Part shown: one piece after another, positions 39,298 to 46,808 of the stretch
Layout: every line of letters starts with the position of its first letter
Position numbering within the stretch: the first letter of the stretch is position 1
Assembly: GCA_945949395.1 (NCBI GenBank)
Contig: CAMFEK010000006.1
Coordinates: 2,930-66,929, forward strand
Origin: an uncultured Clostridia bacterium
GTDB taxonomy: Bacteria; Bacillota; Clostridia; Christensenellales; Borkfalkiaceae
Direction: 5' to 3'
Length of the DNA: 64,000 nt
Notes under the pieces: generated by a model
What the model was told of the DNA's origin: nothing
What the model saw: the letters and a program-made list of their open reading frames with translations, nothing else
The model's database searches: none
Made by a program: the position numbers and the translations under genes

Positions 39298-39315
39298 AAA
39301 TTGCGTCCGTTTTTC

Positions 39316-40011
39316 TCAATACACGTTCTCGTAGGGCGGCGTGACGGCGCTCGAATACAGTTCGAACTCCTCTTCCAAAGAGAAATCTTCCGAATTGTCG
39401 TATACGGCGAGCTTGGAGACGGATACCTCGTAGGCGGTCATCGTCACCACTTGCTCGTCGGAGAGCTTTTTCTGGTACTCGCGGCTTTGTATTCTGCCTG
39501 AGAGCGCCACCTTGTCTCCCACGGTGAGATTTTTCACGAACCTCGCGTTTCTGCCCCACGCGATACAGGGGATGTAGTCGGATTTGTTGTAGGCGCGGTT
39601 GACGGCGATGAGGATATCCGCGATCTCGCGGTTGAAGGGCGTCGTGCGATAGACGGGCGGCTTGCAGATATAGCCGCTGAGCACGATGCTGTTGGGATTC
39701 TTCTGCGGCGCCGGTTCCACGATTTCGCGCACGAACACGGTGAGCATCAGGCGGGAGCGACCGTCCTCTATCTTGTTGTAGCTTCGAAATTGCCCGATGG
39801 CGGAAAGCATGCTCCCCACGCAGAGGCTGTTGCCCGCGATCAGCCGTTCGGAGATGGTCACGGGCAGAATATCCGCTTGCCCCGATAATCTCAGCACGCG
39901 TACGAAAAATTCGTAAAAGCCTTCGCCGTACACCTCGTGAGAGAACTTCGCCTCGCTCACGATTTCGCCCATAATGTAAACTTTATTGTTTTTCTCCGAG
40001 TTGTAATTCAT
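39316..40011 (-). CDS. Single-stranded-DNA-binding (SSB)-like protein with two tandem OB folds.
   Basis: 231 aa. Both halves resemble the SSB OB fold; the second half (IVLSGYICKPPVYRTTPFN...CIAWGRNARFVKNLTVGDKVALSGRIQSREY) matches the canonical SSB pattern. Acidic C-terminus. Confidence 0.55.
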   Translation of the reverse strand: MNYNSEKNNKVYIMGEIVSEAKFSHEVYGEGFYEFFVRVLRLSGQADILPVTISERLIAGNSLCVGSMLSAIGQFRSYNKIEDGRSRLMLTVFVREIVEPAPQKNPNSIVLSGYICKPPVYRTTPFNREIADILIAVNRAYNKSDYIPCIAWGRNARFVKNLTVGDKVALSGRIQSREYQKKLSDEQVVTMTAYEVSVSKLAVYDNSEDFSLEEEFELYSSAVTPPYENVY

Positions 40012-40053
40012 AGTTACCTCCGAATATGTTTTTCCGATATCAAAACCGTTTTT

Positions 40054-40827
40054 TCAAACGACTTCTTCCATTTTGAGCTGTTTGCCCGTGCCGTCTATCT
40101 TGTTCCCGTCGCGGTAGATGAGGGAACCGATATTCACGAACTCGTATCCCCTGTTCTGCAGGGTATCGAGCACGATGGGAAGAGCCTCCGCCGTATGCAG
40201 ACCGTTGTTGTGGCACAGGATAATGCTCCCCGGCTCCACGCTGCTTAAAATGCGCATGGCGATGTCCGTAGCGGAAAGATCCTTCCAGTCGAGGGAATCC
40301 ACGCTCCATTGAATGGTGTACAGCCCCATGGCGGACGCGGTCTCCACGACGAGGTCGTCGTAATCCCCGTAAGGGGGGCGGAAGAGCTCCACCTTTTTGC
40401 CCGTCACTTCCTCTATCGCCCGCGAGGAGCTTTCCAGCTCCTTTTTGATCTCCGCCTCGTTCATCTTGCTCATGTAGGAATGCGTGGCGGAATGCGTGCC
40501 GATCTCACAGCCGCTCTCGTCGATCTTTTTCACGTATTCGGGGTACTTCTTCGCCCAAAACTCCACCATGAAAAAGGTCGCCGTCACGGAATGTTCTTTC
40601 AGGGCGCTCAAGATGGCGTCCGTGTGCTCGGTGCCCCAGGCGCAGTCGAAGGAGATGGCGATCTTCTTATCCTCCCGCTCTACGCAGTAAATGGGGAGCG
40701 AGCGCACCGTCTCGCCGTAGTACACGACGTAAGCGCCCGTCTCCTTCAAGGCGATCAGCCCCGCGAGCGCCAGGCAGGAGAACCCTAAGCAAAATCCCGT
40801 ATTCTTGTTTTTGAAAGGAAACTTCAT
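40054..40827 (-). CDS. Polysaccharide deacetylase (CE4, NodB homology domain), secreted or membrane-anchored.
   Basis: NodB motifs (ISFDCAWG; HSATH; RPPYG) and an N-terminal hydrophobic anchor. Confidence 0.85.
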   Translation of the reverse strand: MKFPFKNKNTGFCLGFSCLALAGLIALKETGAYVVYYGETVRSLPIYCVEREDKKIAISFDCAWGTEHTDAILSALKEHSVTATFFMVEFWAKKYPEYVKKIDESGCEIGTHSATHSYMSKMNEAEIKKELESSSRAIEEVTGKKVELFRPPYGDYDDLVVETASAMGLYTIQWSVDSLDWKDLSATDIAMRILSSVEPGSIILCHNNGLHTAEALPIVLDTLQNRGYEFVNIGSLIYRDGNKIDGTGKQLKMEEVV

Positions 40828-40955
40828 TTCCGACTCCTATTGTACCGTTTATTTTGTGACAAAAAATATCCTTTCCTGTCGAAAAACGGCTAAAAAGAAA
40901 GAATATTTTTTTTCATTTCCGATTGTATTGTATGCGTTCCCTTTTTCTTTTAGAA

Positions 40956-40990
40956 CGCCCCCCCGCCGAAAAAGTTCGGCGGGGGGGCGG
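40956..40990. repeat. GC-rich 35-bp palindromic repeat, copy 1 (cgcccccccgccgaaaaagttcggcgggggggcgg).
   Basis: Perfect hairpin ccccccgccgaa/ttcggcgggggg. A near-identical copy lies at 42098-42132. Together they bracket the low-GC DUF1016 gene. Confidence 0.75.
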
Positions 40991-41105
40991 TTATCAATAT
41001 AATTTGATGAGTCGAAAGTATCAAAAGATATTGTAAAATATTGATTTCTATGGTATAATCAAACGGAAGGTAAAATTTCGAAAAATAAGCAGGGGTAATC
41101 ACTGT

Positions 41106-42089
41106 ATGGAAGATTTGGATTCAAGTTTCATATCGGTTTTCGAGCAAATTAAGGCGGATATTTTTCAAACGCGAAACAGGATTTTAAGCGATGCCAATAG
41201 AGAAATGCTTTCCATGTATTTCAGGATAGGAAAAGTGATTGATGAAAACGCTAAATACGGGAATCATTTTATCGATGAATTATCTCGTCGGTTAAAAGCG
41301 GAGTTCCCCGATGCGGAAGGATATTCGCCGAGAAATCTTGCGAGAATGCGAAAATTTTACGTTACTTACGGCGATATGGCAAATTTGCCACTGCCGGTGG
41401 CAAATTTGCCTTGGACGCATAACTTTATTTTGATAGAAAAAGTGAAAGACCCTGAAAAACGCGTTTGGTATGCAGAGAAATGCTTGGCAAACGGATGGGG
41501 AAAAGTCGTTTTAGAGCACCAAATCGAGTTAGGGTTATATGAACGTCAAGCCGATCCGTCCAAAAAGTTAACCAACTACGAAATTCGCTTACCCTCGCCG
41601 CAAAGCGAGCTTTCCCGTGAGATTATAAAAGACCCGTATATTTTTGAGCTTGCGGGATTGAAAGAAAAAATCGTGGAAAAAGATATAGAGCAAGCAATGC
41701 TGGAACAGATCAAAACGGTTTTACTGGAACTCGGGAAAGGTTTCTCTTTCGTCGGGAACCAGTATAGAATTTCCACGCAAAATAACGATTATTTAATAGA
41801 CCTATTGTTCTATCATTTGGAATTGCGATGTTACGTCGTCGTAGAATTGAAAAACGTAGATTTTAAGCCCGATTTTGTCGGTCAACTGCAATTTTACATT
41901 ACGGCAGTCGATGAAACGCTGAAAAAAGAAATGGACAATCCGACAATCGGATTATTGCTCTGCAAAGGAAAGGATAGATACTCGGTGGAATGGTCGCTGA
42001 AAGCGACGACGGCACCGATAGGCGTTGCATCCTATGAAGTGAGAAATTATCTCCCTACGGAAGAAGAGATAAACAGGTACTTGAAGTGA
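41106..42089 (+). CDS. DUF1016/YhcG-like PD-(D/E)XK nuclease-fold protein.
   Basis: 327 aa. A PD-(D/E)XK core is visible (…IDLLFYHLELRCYVVVELK…). GC content is markedly lower than the surroundings (about 40-45% versus about 58%). Confidence 0.65.
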   Translation: MEDLDSSFISVFEQIKADIFQTRNRILSDANREMLSMYFRIGKVIDENAKYGNHFIDELSRRLKAEFPDAEGYSPRNLARMRKFYVTYGDMANLPLPVANLPWTHNFILIEKVKDPEKRVWYAEKCLANGWGKVVLEHQIELGLYERQADPSKKLTNYEIRLPSPQSELSREIIKDPYIFELAGLKEKIVEKDIEQAMLEQIKTVLLELGKGFSFVGNQYRISTQNNDYLIDLLFYHLELRCYVVVELKNVDFKPDFVGQLQFYITAVDETLKKEMDNPTIGLLLCKGKDRYSVEWSLKATTAPIGVASYEVRNYLPTEEEINRYLK

Positions 42090-42097
42090 TTCTACGT

Positions 42098-42132
42098 TTA
42101 AGCCCCCCCGCCGAAAAAATTCGGCGGGGGGC
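42098..42132. repeat. GC-rich palindromic repeat, copy 2 (agcccccccgccgaaaaaattcggcggggggcgg). It also serves as a bidirectional terminator.
   Basis: It differs from copy 1 by about 3 substitutions. It is followed by tttatttc on the plus strand, and is immediately downstream of the convergent 42136-42513 gene. Confidence 0.75.
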
Positions 42133-42135
42133 GGT

Positions 42136-42513
42136 TTATTTCTCCTGTACGGGGATCCCGTAAAGGCGGTCGTCTTGAATTTCGTTTTTCAACGCCTCGG
42201 CGTAGAGGGCGAGGAGCTCTTCTTCCGTATCCCGCTTGAAGAGGTGTTTCAAGCGGTAGCAGGTAAACAGCTTTTTCTGCCTGACTTCCAACTTGGGAAA
42301 ACGGTAGGTTCCCGTGTATACCACGCAGAGGAACCCCTTTTTCCCGCCCGAGGTCTGCCGCAGTTCGAGATAGGCTCCTCTTTTTTGGAAACGGTGGATG
42401 TAGACGCAGGACTTGTCCGAGGATTTTTCATAGGCGTATTCGTAAGAGAATCCGTTTTCGAGCAAAAAGGCAAATTCTCTTTGCAGGATCTCCCATTTGG
42501 GGTTTTCGTTCAT
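42136..42513 (-). CDS. Hypothetical protein.
   Basis: 125-aa ORF with an RBS-like GGGAGGGAAACAAAATG upstream. Confidence 0.5.
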   Translation of the reverse strand: MNENPKWEILQREFAFLLENGFSYEYAYEKSSDKSCVYIHRFQKRGAYLELRQTSGGKKGFLCVVYTGTYRFPKLEVRQKKLFTCYRLKHLFKRDTEEELLALYAEALKNEIQDDRLYGIPVQEK

Positions 42514-42705
42514 TTTGTTTCCCTCCCGTTTTTTTCATTATCATACCGCAAAGAGCGTTTTTTGTCAATCCTCCTTTTTTGGGCGGGGCAGGAAAAAAAT
42601 TCTTTATTTTTTTTCCTAAAAAATCAAAATAAACCTCAAGTTTATATGCTTTTTTTCGCAAGCTATGTTATAATGGGTATGATAATTCTTTTAGGAGAAA
42701 ACAAT

Positions 42706-43365
42706 ATGCCTGAAACAGTAAAAATCATTTTGACCGTCGTCGGTATACTCGCCTATTTCGCCTCCGGCATCATTCTCGGAATCGTGGCGGAGTCGATGGC
42801 AAAGGGAAAGGGCTACAAGGGTCGTCCGCACTTCATCACCTGCGTGCTCTTTAATATTTTCGGTTTTATCGGAGCCTGCGCCCTTCCCGATAAGAAGAAC
42901 AACGAAAAGATCGTGGAACTGCTCCGCTCCGTAAACGCCCTTCTCGGCGGGACGGAAGAAGAGGAGGAAGAAGAGAAAGCTCCCGTCCGTACCGTAAAGA
43001 GAGCCGCTCCCGTGGAGGAAGAGGAGGAAGAGGAGACCGTCTACCGTCCTGTAATCCGCCAGAGCGCGCCCCAGGCGCCGGAACCCCCTCGCCCTTCTCG
43101 CCCCGCGCAGAATCCTTACTTTTCCGAGCCCGCCGCGCCCTCTTCGCAGGGCGGATACTTCTCTTCCCGCGTCGCGTCGGAAAACGCCGCGCCTTCCTAT
43201 TCGCCCGACGCCACCGCGCAGGTCGTCTACAAGGACGGCAACGTCTGCTGTTCCCGCTGTAACGGAAAGATCAAGCTCAACGCCACTTCCTGTCCTAGTT
43301 GCGGCGCGAAGATCGTCTCTTCTTCGAATGCCGGCGGCTTGGGCTACATAAAGCCCCTCAACTAA
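42706..43365 (+). CDS. Membrane protein with an acidic/Pro-rich linker and a C-terminal CxxC...CxxC zinc ribbon.
   Basis: Start at ATG 42706 (RBS AGGAGA, extended -10 tatgttataat). Two N-terminal TM helices. EEEEEEE tracts. C-terminus CCSRCNGKIKLNATSCPSCG. The ORF-track N-terminus (42175) is read-through. Confidence 0.65.
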   Translation: MPETVKIILTVVGILAYFASGIILGIVAESMAKGKGYKGRPHFITCVLFNIFGFIGACALPDKKNNEKIVELLRSVNALLGGTEEEEEEEKAPVRTVKRAAPVEEEEEEETVYRPVIRQSAPQAPEPPRPSRPAQNPYFSEPAAPSSQGGYFSSRVASENAAPSYSPDATAQVVYKDGNVCCSRCNGKIKLNATSCPSCGAKIVSSSNAGGLGYIKPLN

Positions 43366-43413
43366 CGAAAAACCCGACCGTATTTCGGATGATACGGTCG
43401 GGAAATTTTTTAT

Positions 43414-44130
43414 TTATTCCTTTTCGGGCTTGAAAAGCCTTGCGAGCGTGCAGATTACGAGCACCAGCACGGACAAAACGGCGAGCGAGGTAGAGACGGG
43501 GTTATACGATCCGATCGTCATGTATGCGGCGATGGCGCCGATGGCGGGGAGTATGCTCCCGAAGGTGAGAACCGCGCCCAGGGGCGAGAAGGTCTTTCCG
43601 TTCTCCGCCTGTTTATCCGTAAAGAAGGGCACGCCCTTTCTTTGCAGACGATCGACGGCAAAATACAGAATACTTCCCGCGATGCCGACGGCGGCGAGCT
43701 GTCCCAAGCCTACCCAAAGGGCGTAAAGGAGATAGCCGTCCTTGAGTTCCTCCGCCGTCAAAGAGAAGGTGATGGGCACGAGAAACGCATTGTAAAGGAT
43801 AGGGGGAATTTCCCCTAAAATCAAGCGGGGCAAGTTCTTTTTGACCGTCCGACCGATCACGAAGGTGGTGATCGCCGCGAGCAGGGTCGCCAGCGTCCCC
43901 AAAACGACGTCTAAAATTCCGTTTCCGACCAACAGGTTGGTGAGCAGGCACCCGATCGTGAGTCCCGCGATCGCCTCGGGGAAGAAGAGGGATAAAACGG
44001 TGAGCGCCTCGGAAATTCGGCATTGAAATTCGCCCGAAGAGATGGGGGCGAGGGTGATGGAGAGCGTCGCGTACAGCGCCGCGATGACGGCGGCGCGGCA
44101 AATGCGCTTGGTCGTGAAAAAGTTTTTCAT
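43414..44130 (-). CDS. queT: Queuosine-precursor transporter QueT (ECF-type S component family).
   Basis: 238 aa, six TM helices, with a QueT/COG4708-like pattern. A preQ1-I riboswitch-like element sits immediately upstream. Confidence 0.6.
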   Translation of the reverse strand: MKNFFTTKRICRAAVIAALYATLSITLAPISSGEFQCRISEALTVLSLFFPEAIAGLTIGCLLTNLLVGNGILDVVLGTLATLLAAITTFVIGRTVKKNLPRLILGEIPPILYNAFLVPITFSLTAEELKDGYLLYALWVGLGQLAAVGIAGSILYFAVDRLQRKGVPFFTDKQAENGKTFSPLGAVLTFGSILPAIGAIAAYMTIGSYNPVSTSLAVLSVLVLVICTLARLFKPEKE

Positions 44131-44143
44131 ATAAAGTTTTGAA

Positions 44144-44185
44144 CCTCGGTTTTTTTATTCGGAAGTGTTCTCCGAAAACCTTCCG
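44144..44185 (-). promoter_or_regulatory. Candidate preQ1-I (class I) riboswitch in the queT 5' leader.
   Basis: Minus-strand RNA: CGGAAG-GUUUUCGGAGAACA-CUUCCG (6-bp P1 with a 14-nt loop), then AAUAAAAAAACCGAGG. The tail CCGA can pair with loop UCGG to form a pseudoknot P2 that overlaps the GAGG Shine-Dalgarno, 8 nt before the queT ATG. The tail closely resembles the B. subtilis queC aptamer tail AUAAAAAACUAAGG. Confidence 0.55.
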
Positions 44186-44249
44186 TGCCGATATCGTATC
44201 ACAAACTTTCGCCGTTGGCAAGCAAAAAAAGGGGATCGCCCGAAAAAAC

Positions 44250-44459
44250 TTACGAGAGCGGCTCGAAGGGGCGGAAGAATATCGCCCAAAAAATCAGCCA
44301 AAGCGCCGCCACGCCCGAAAGCGCGAGCGCGATGCGGTAAACGATCCGATTGTAAAAACAGATCGCCCATAACAGGTCGAATCCCGTCAAGGCGAACAGG
44401 CAGGCAAAAATGCCGAGGGCGATCAGATAGATCAACATGATGAGGGAAGTGGCTTTCAT
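44250..44459 (-). CDS. Small hydrophobic protein (two predicted TM helices).
   Basis: 69-aa ORF, strongly hydrophobic (LIMLIYLIALGIFACLFAL...). The RBS is weak and the call is uncertain. Confidence 0.3.
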   Translation of the reverse strand: MKATSLIMLIYLIALGIFACLFALTGFDLLWAICFYNRIVYRIALALSGVAALWLIFWAIFFRPFEPLS

Positions 44460-44514
44460 ACCCTTTCAGTATGGGCAAAAAGAGAAATTTTTCCGCGCGG
44501 GGGAAATTCTTTTT

Positions 44515-44548
44515 TCAAAAAACGCAGACCGTCGTCTGCGCTTTCCGT
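44515..44548 (-). terminator. Terminator downstream of the XRE regulator gene.
   Basis: Minus strand: cgcagacgacggtctgcg followed by ttttttg. A similar hairpin recurs at 46349-46368 on the plus strand. Confidence 0.5.
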
Positions 44549-44551
44549 TTG

Positions 44552-44935
44552 TCAGGCGAGAGAATCGAAAAGGACTAACCCGAAAAGCAAAATGACGAAG
44601 GACGCCACGATCCCGACGGAGAGGAAAATCGTTTTGACGGCATTTCCCTCCTTTCGCTCTCCCGTTTTGGTCGGCTCCGCCGCGCGATTTGCTTTTGGGG
44701 GAGGGGAGACCTCGCGAGAAGGGTATTTTTGCTCGGATTCCTTTCGCATTTCGTCCACGGTCATGCCGAAAAACTCGGCGACGGCGTTCAAAACCGTTTC
44801 GTTTTCGGGCAGGAAGGTCTGTTCCCACCGCGACGCCGTGGATTTGGAAGTGTATATTTTATCGGCGAACGCGCGCAGAGAACAGCCGCGTTCCGTTCTT
44901 TTTTCTTTCAGATATTTTCCGTTGATCCTGCTCAT
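44552..44935 (-). CDS. XRE-family HTH transcriptional regulator with a C-terminal transmembrane anchor.
   Basis: N-terminal HTH (LKEKRTERGCSLRAFADKIYTSKSTASRWEQ). C-terminal hydrophobic helix (IFLSVGIVASFVILLFGLVLF). Confidence 0.75.
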   Translation of the reverse strand: MSRINGKYLKEKRTERGCSLRAFADKIYTSKSTASRWEQTFLPENETVLNAVAEFFGMTVDEMRKESEQKYPSREVSPPPKANRAAEPTKTGERKEGNAVKTIFLSVGIVASFVILLFGLVLFDSLA

Positions 44936-45007
44936 CTTTCACCTCCGAATTATTTTATCACAGATGAAGGCGCATTTCAACTCTATCCATCCAAAAAAGT
45001 CGGATGG

Positions 45008-45036
45008 GACAAAAAACGGGACAAAACTTTGTCCCG
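45008..45036. promoter_or_regulatory. GGGACA/TGTCCC palindromic operator-like site in the divergent intergenic region.
   Basis: The sequence is gggacaaaaaacGGGACAaaacttTGTCCC. It lies between the XRE regulator (minus) and the lipoprotein gene (plus), upstream of the promoter TTGACT-17-TACAAT at 45085-45113. Confidence 0.45.
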
Positions 45037-45151
45037 AAATCAAGGGCAAGGAAAAAACGGGACGCTTTTTTGCCGTTTACCCGTTGACTTTCTCCGTTTG
45101 AGAGAATACAATGCTTACAAGATATTTCAAAAAAATTCGGGAGGTCGGAAT

Positions 45152-45841
45152 ATGAAAGGGATATCGGCAGGCAAAAGCGCGGCGGTGGGATTAGCGGCGT
45201 TCTCTCTGCTTTTCTTTCAGGCGGCGAGCTGTCAAGCGGGTCAAAGCGCTTCCGTTCCCGTCCGCGCGGAAAGCAGCGTCGAGCGAACCTTGCTCAAAAC
45301 GACGACGCAAAGCTTATACAAGTTGGAAACGACGCTTTCCGTGTATTACGATAGCGCAACGGACGAATATATCGTGGAAGCGACGGCTTGCTGGCAAAAA
45401 AAGACATCTCCCTTTTGGGCGGTAGCAAAATCGGCGGAAGAGTTCTACGAAGATTCCCTTATCGTTACCTGGGAGAATGCGAAAGGAGAAAGCGACCTTA
45501 TCGCGCAATCGAACGACTTTGACGGATACTACTACGGCGGGAAACCGATCTGGGGGCGGGATTCGGAGGGCGCTCCCTACGGGCATTACGTCCTGACTTT
45601 TCGGGAAAAGACGGGTTATCTCGGAAAGGAGCTTGCGCAGGTAAAGGCTACCGTCGTGTTGAAAAAACGGGAAGGCGCGCAAACGGATTTTGCGCAAGTC
45701 CGTATGAAGTACGTTCATACCTATCAACGGGCAGTCGTGGGGGGGTCGACGGGTTCCAAAGGCGCTTGGGCGTTTTTATTTCCGCAAGCGGAAGAAACGC
45801 AATGGCAAATAGAAGACGACGTCGTGTTTGCGTTAGCATAA
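45152..45841 (+). CDS. Secreted or lipoprotein of unknown function.
   Basis: Start at ATG 45152 (RBS GGGAGG). Signal peptide MKGISAGKSAAVGLAAFSLLFFQAASCQAG. The 370-aa ORF in the track is an upstream read-through. Confidence 0.6.
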   Translation: MKGISAGKSAAVGLAAFSLLFFQAASCQAGQSASVPVRAESSVERTLLKTTTQSLYKLETTLSVYYDSATDEYIVEATACWQKKTSPFWAVAKSAEEFYEDSLIVTWENAKGESDLIAQSNDFDGYYYGGKPIWGRDSEGAPYGHYVLTFREKTGYLGKELAQVKATVVLKKREGAQTDFAQVRMKYVHTYQRAVVGGSTGSKGAWAFLFPQAEETQWQIEDDVVFALA

Positions 45842-45859
45842 AAGATTACGAGGTGAAAC

Positions 45860-46318
45860 ATGAAATTCTCTAAAAAAAGAAAACTGATCGCGGCGAATAT
45901 CGCATTTTTCATATTCTTATTCGTAGCCGTTTTACTGGCGCAATTCGGCTTCAAAATCATGCTGCTCGATTGTATCGTTCCGTCGTTGATAGAGCAAAGC
46001 CTGTTTACCTTTCTGACGATGATCATATACTATCTGTCCATTCTCGCAGACGAGGCGAAAACGAGAATTCCGCAAGATAAGAACGAAAGCAAAAATGAAA
46101 AGCGAAAGCTGACGAAAAAAGAAAAACTCGTCGTCATAAACGTGGCGACGATGGCGTTTTTATCCTGTTGTTTTGCCTTTGCGAAATTTATCGTTCATAA
46201 TCCGCCGACGCATATTTTCGTCCCTCTCGCGTTGCTGCAATGTTGGTTTACGTTGAGTTCGATGATTTTATACTATCTTTCCGTCATCGCCGAGGGCTTC
46301 GGCAAAAAGCAGAAGTAA
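45860..46318 (+). CDS. Small membrane protein with an internal duplication (two 2-TM repeats).
   Basis: 152 aa. Two homologous halves each end in an ...YYLSILADE / ...YYLSVIAEG motif. Confidence 0.55.
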   Translation: MKFSKKRKLIAANIAFFIFLFVAVLLAQFGFKIMLLDCIVPSLIEQSLFTFLTMIIYYLSILADEAKTRIPQDKNESKNEKRKLTKKEKLVVINVATMAFLSCCFAFAKFIVHNPPTHIFVPLALLQCWFTLSSMILYYLSVIAEGFGKKQK

Positions 46319-46381
46319 TTTTTCCCCGTTTCCAAAACTCAAAGCATGAAGAAACGCAGACCTTCGTCTGCGTTTTTCGTT

Positions 46382-46636
46382 TTAATCGATAGATTCCACC
46401 CAGAGAAAGTCGAAGTCGACGGGCTCCACGAAATCCTTTTCGCGGAACTTCACGTGCTTGAACTTGGCAAAATCCATGATATGCGGCTTTAAGAGCACGG
46501 GCGTGGGGATATCCAGCTCGCCGCAGATATCCATCAAATAATTCAAAAAGTGCGAATAGGTGAGCCGTTCCTCTTTTTCGTAGGTCAGCTCTTTTACGGT
46601 GTGATATTCCTTTATGACTTTTGCCCAGATCCTCAT
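46382..46636 (-). CDS. Hypothetical small protein.
   Basis: 84-aa ORF. Confidence 0.45.
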   Translation of the reverse strand: MRIWAKVIKEYHTVKELTYEKEERLTYSHFLNYLMDICGELDIPTPVLLKPHIMDFAKFKHVKFREKDFVEPVDFDFLWVESID

Positions 46637-46808
46637 ACCCCCATTATACAGGAAAAACGAAAAAAAGCAAATGACTTTTTATAAGAAACGGACAAAATTT
46701 CTTTTTTTCTGTTGACTTTACGCGCGTTTCCCGATAAAATAGATAGAAAACGGGGGCGAAGAGCGCCGCTCACCCGAAAGCATTTCAAAGGAGGTCATAC
46801 GCATCATT

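Noticed and set aside
42175-43365. 396-aa plus-strand ORF from the track.
   Set aside because: The 5' 530 nt are antisense to the 42136-42513 gene and lack an RBS. The real gene starts at ATG 42706, which has an AGGAGA RBS and a promoter.
44729-45841. 370-aa plus-strand ORF from the track.
   Set aside because: The N-terminal 140 aa run antisense through the XRE regulator gene. The true start is ATG 45152, with GGGAGG upstream, which also begins a proper signal peptide.
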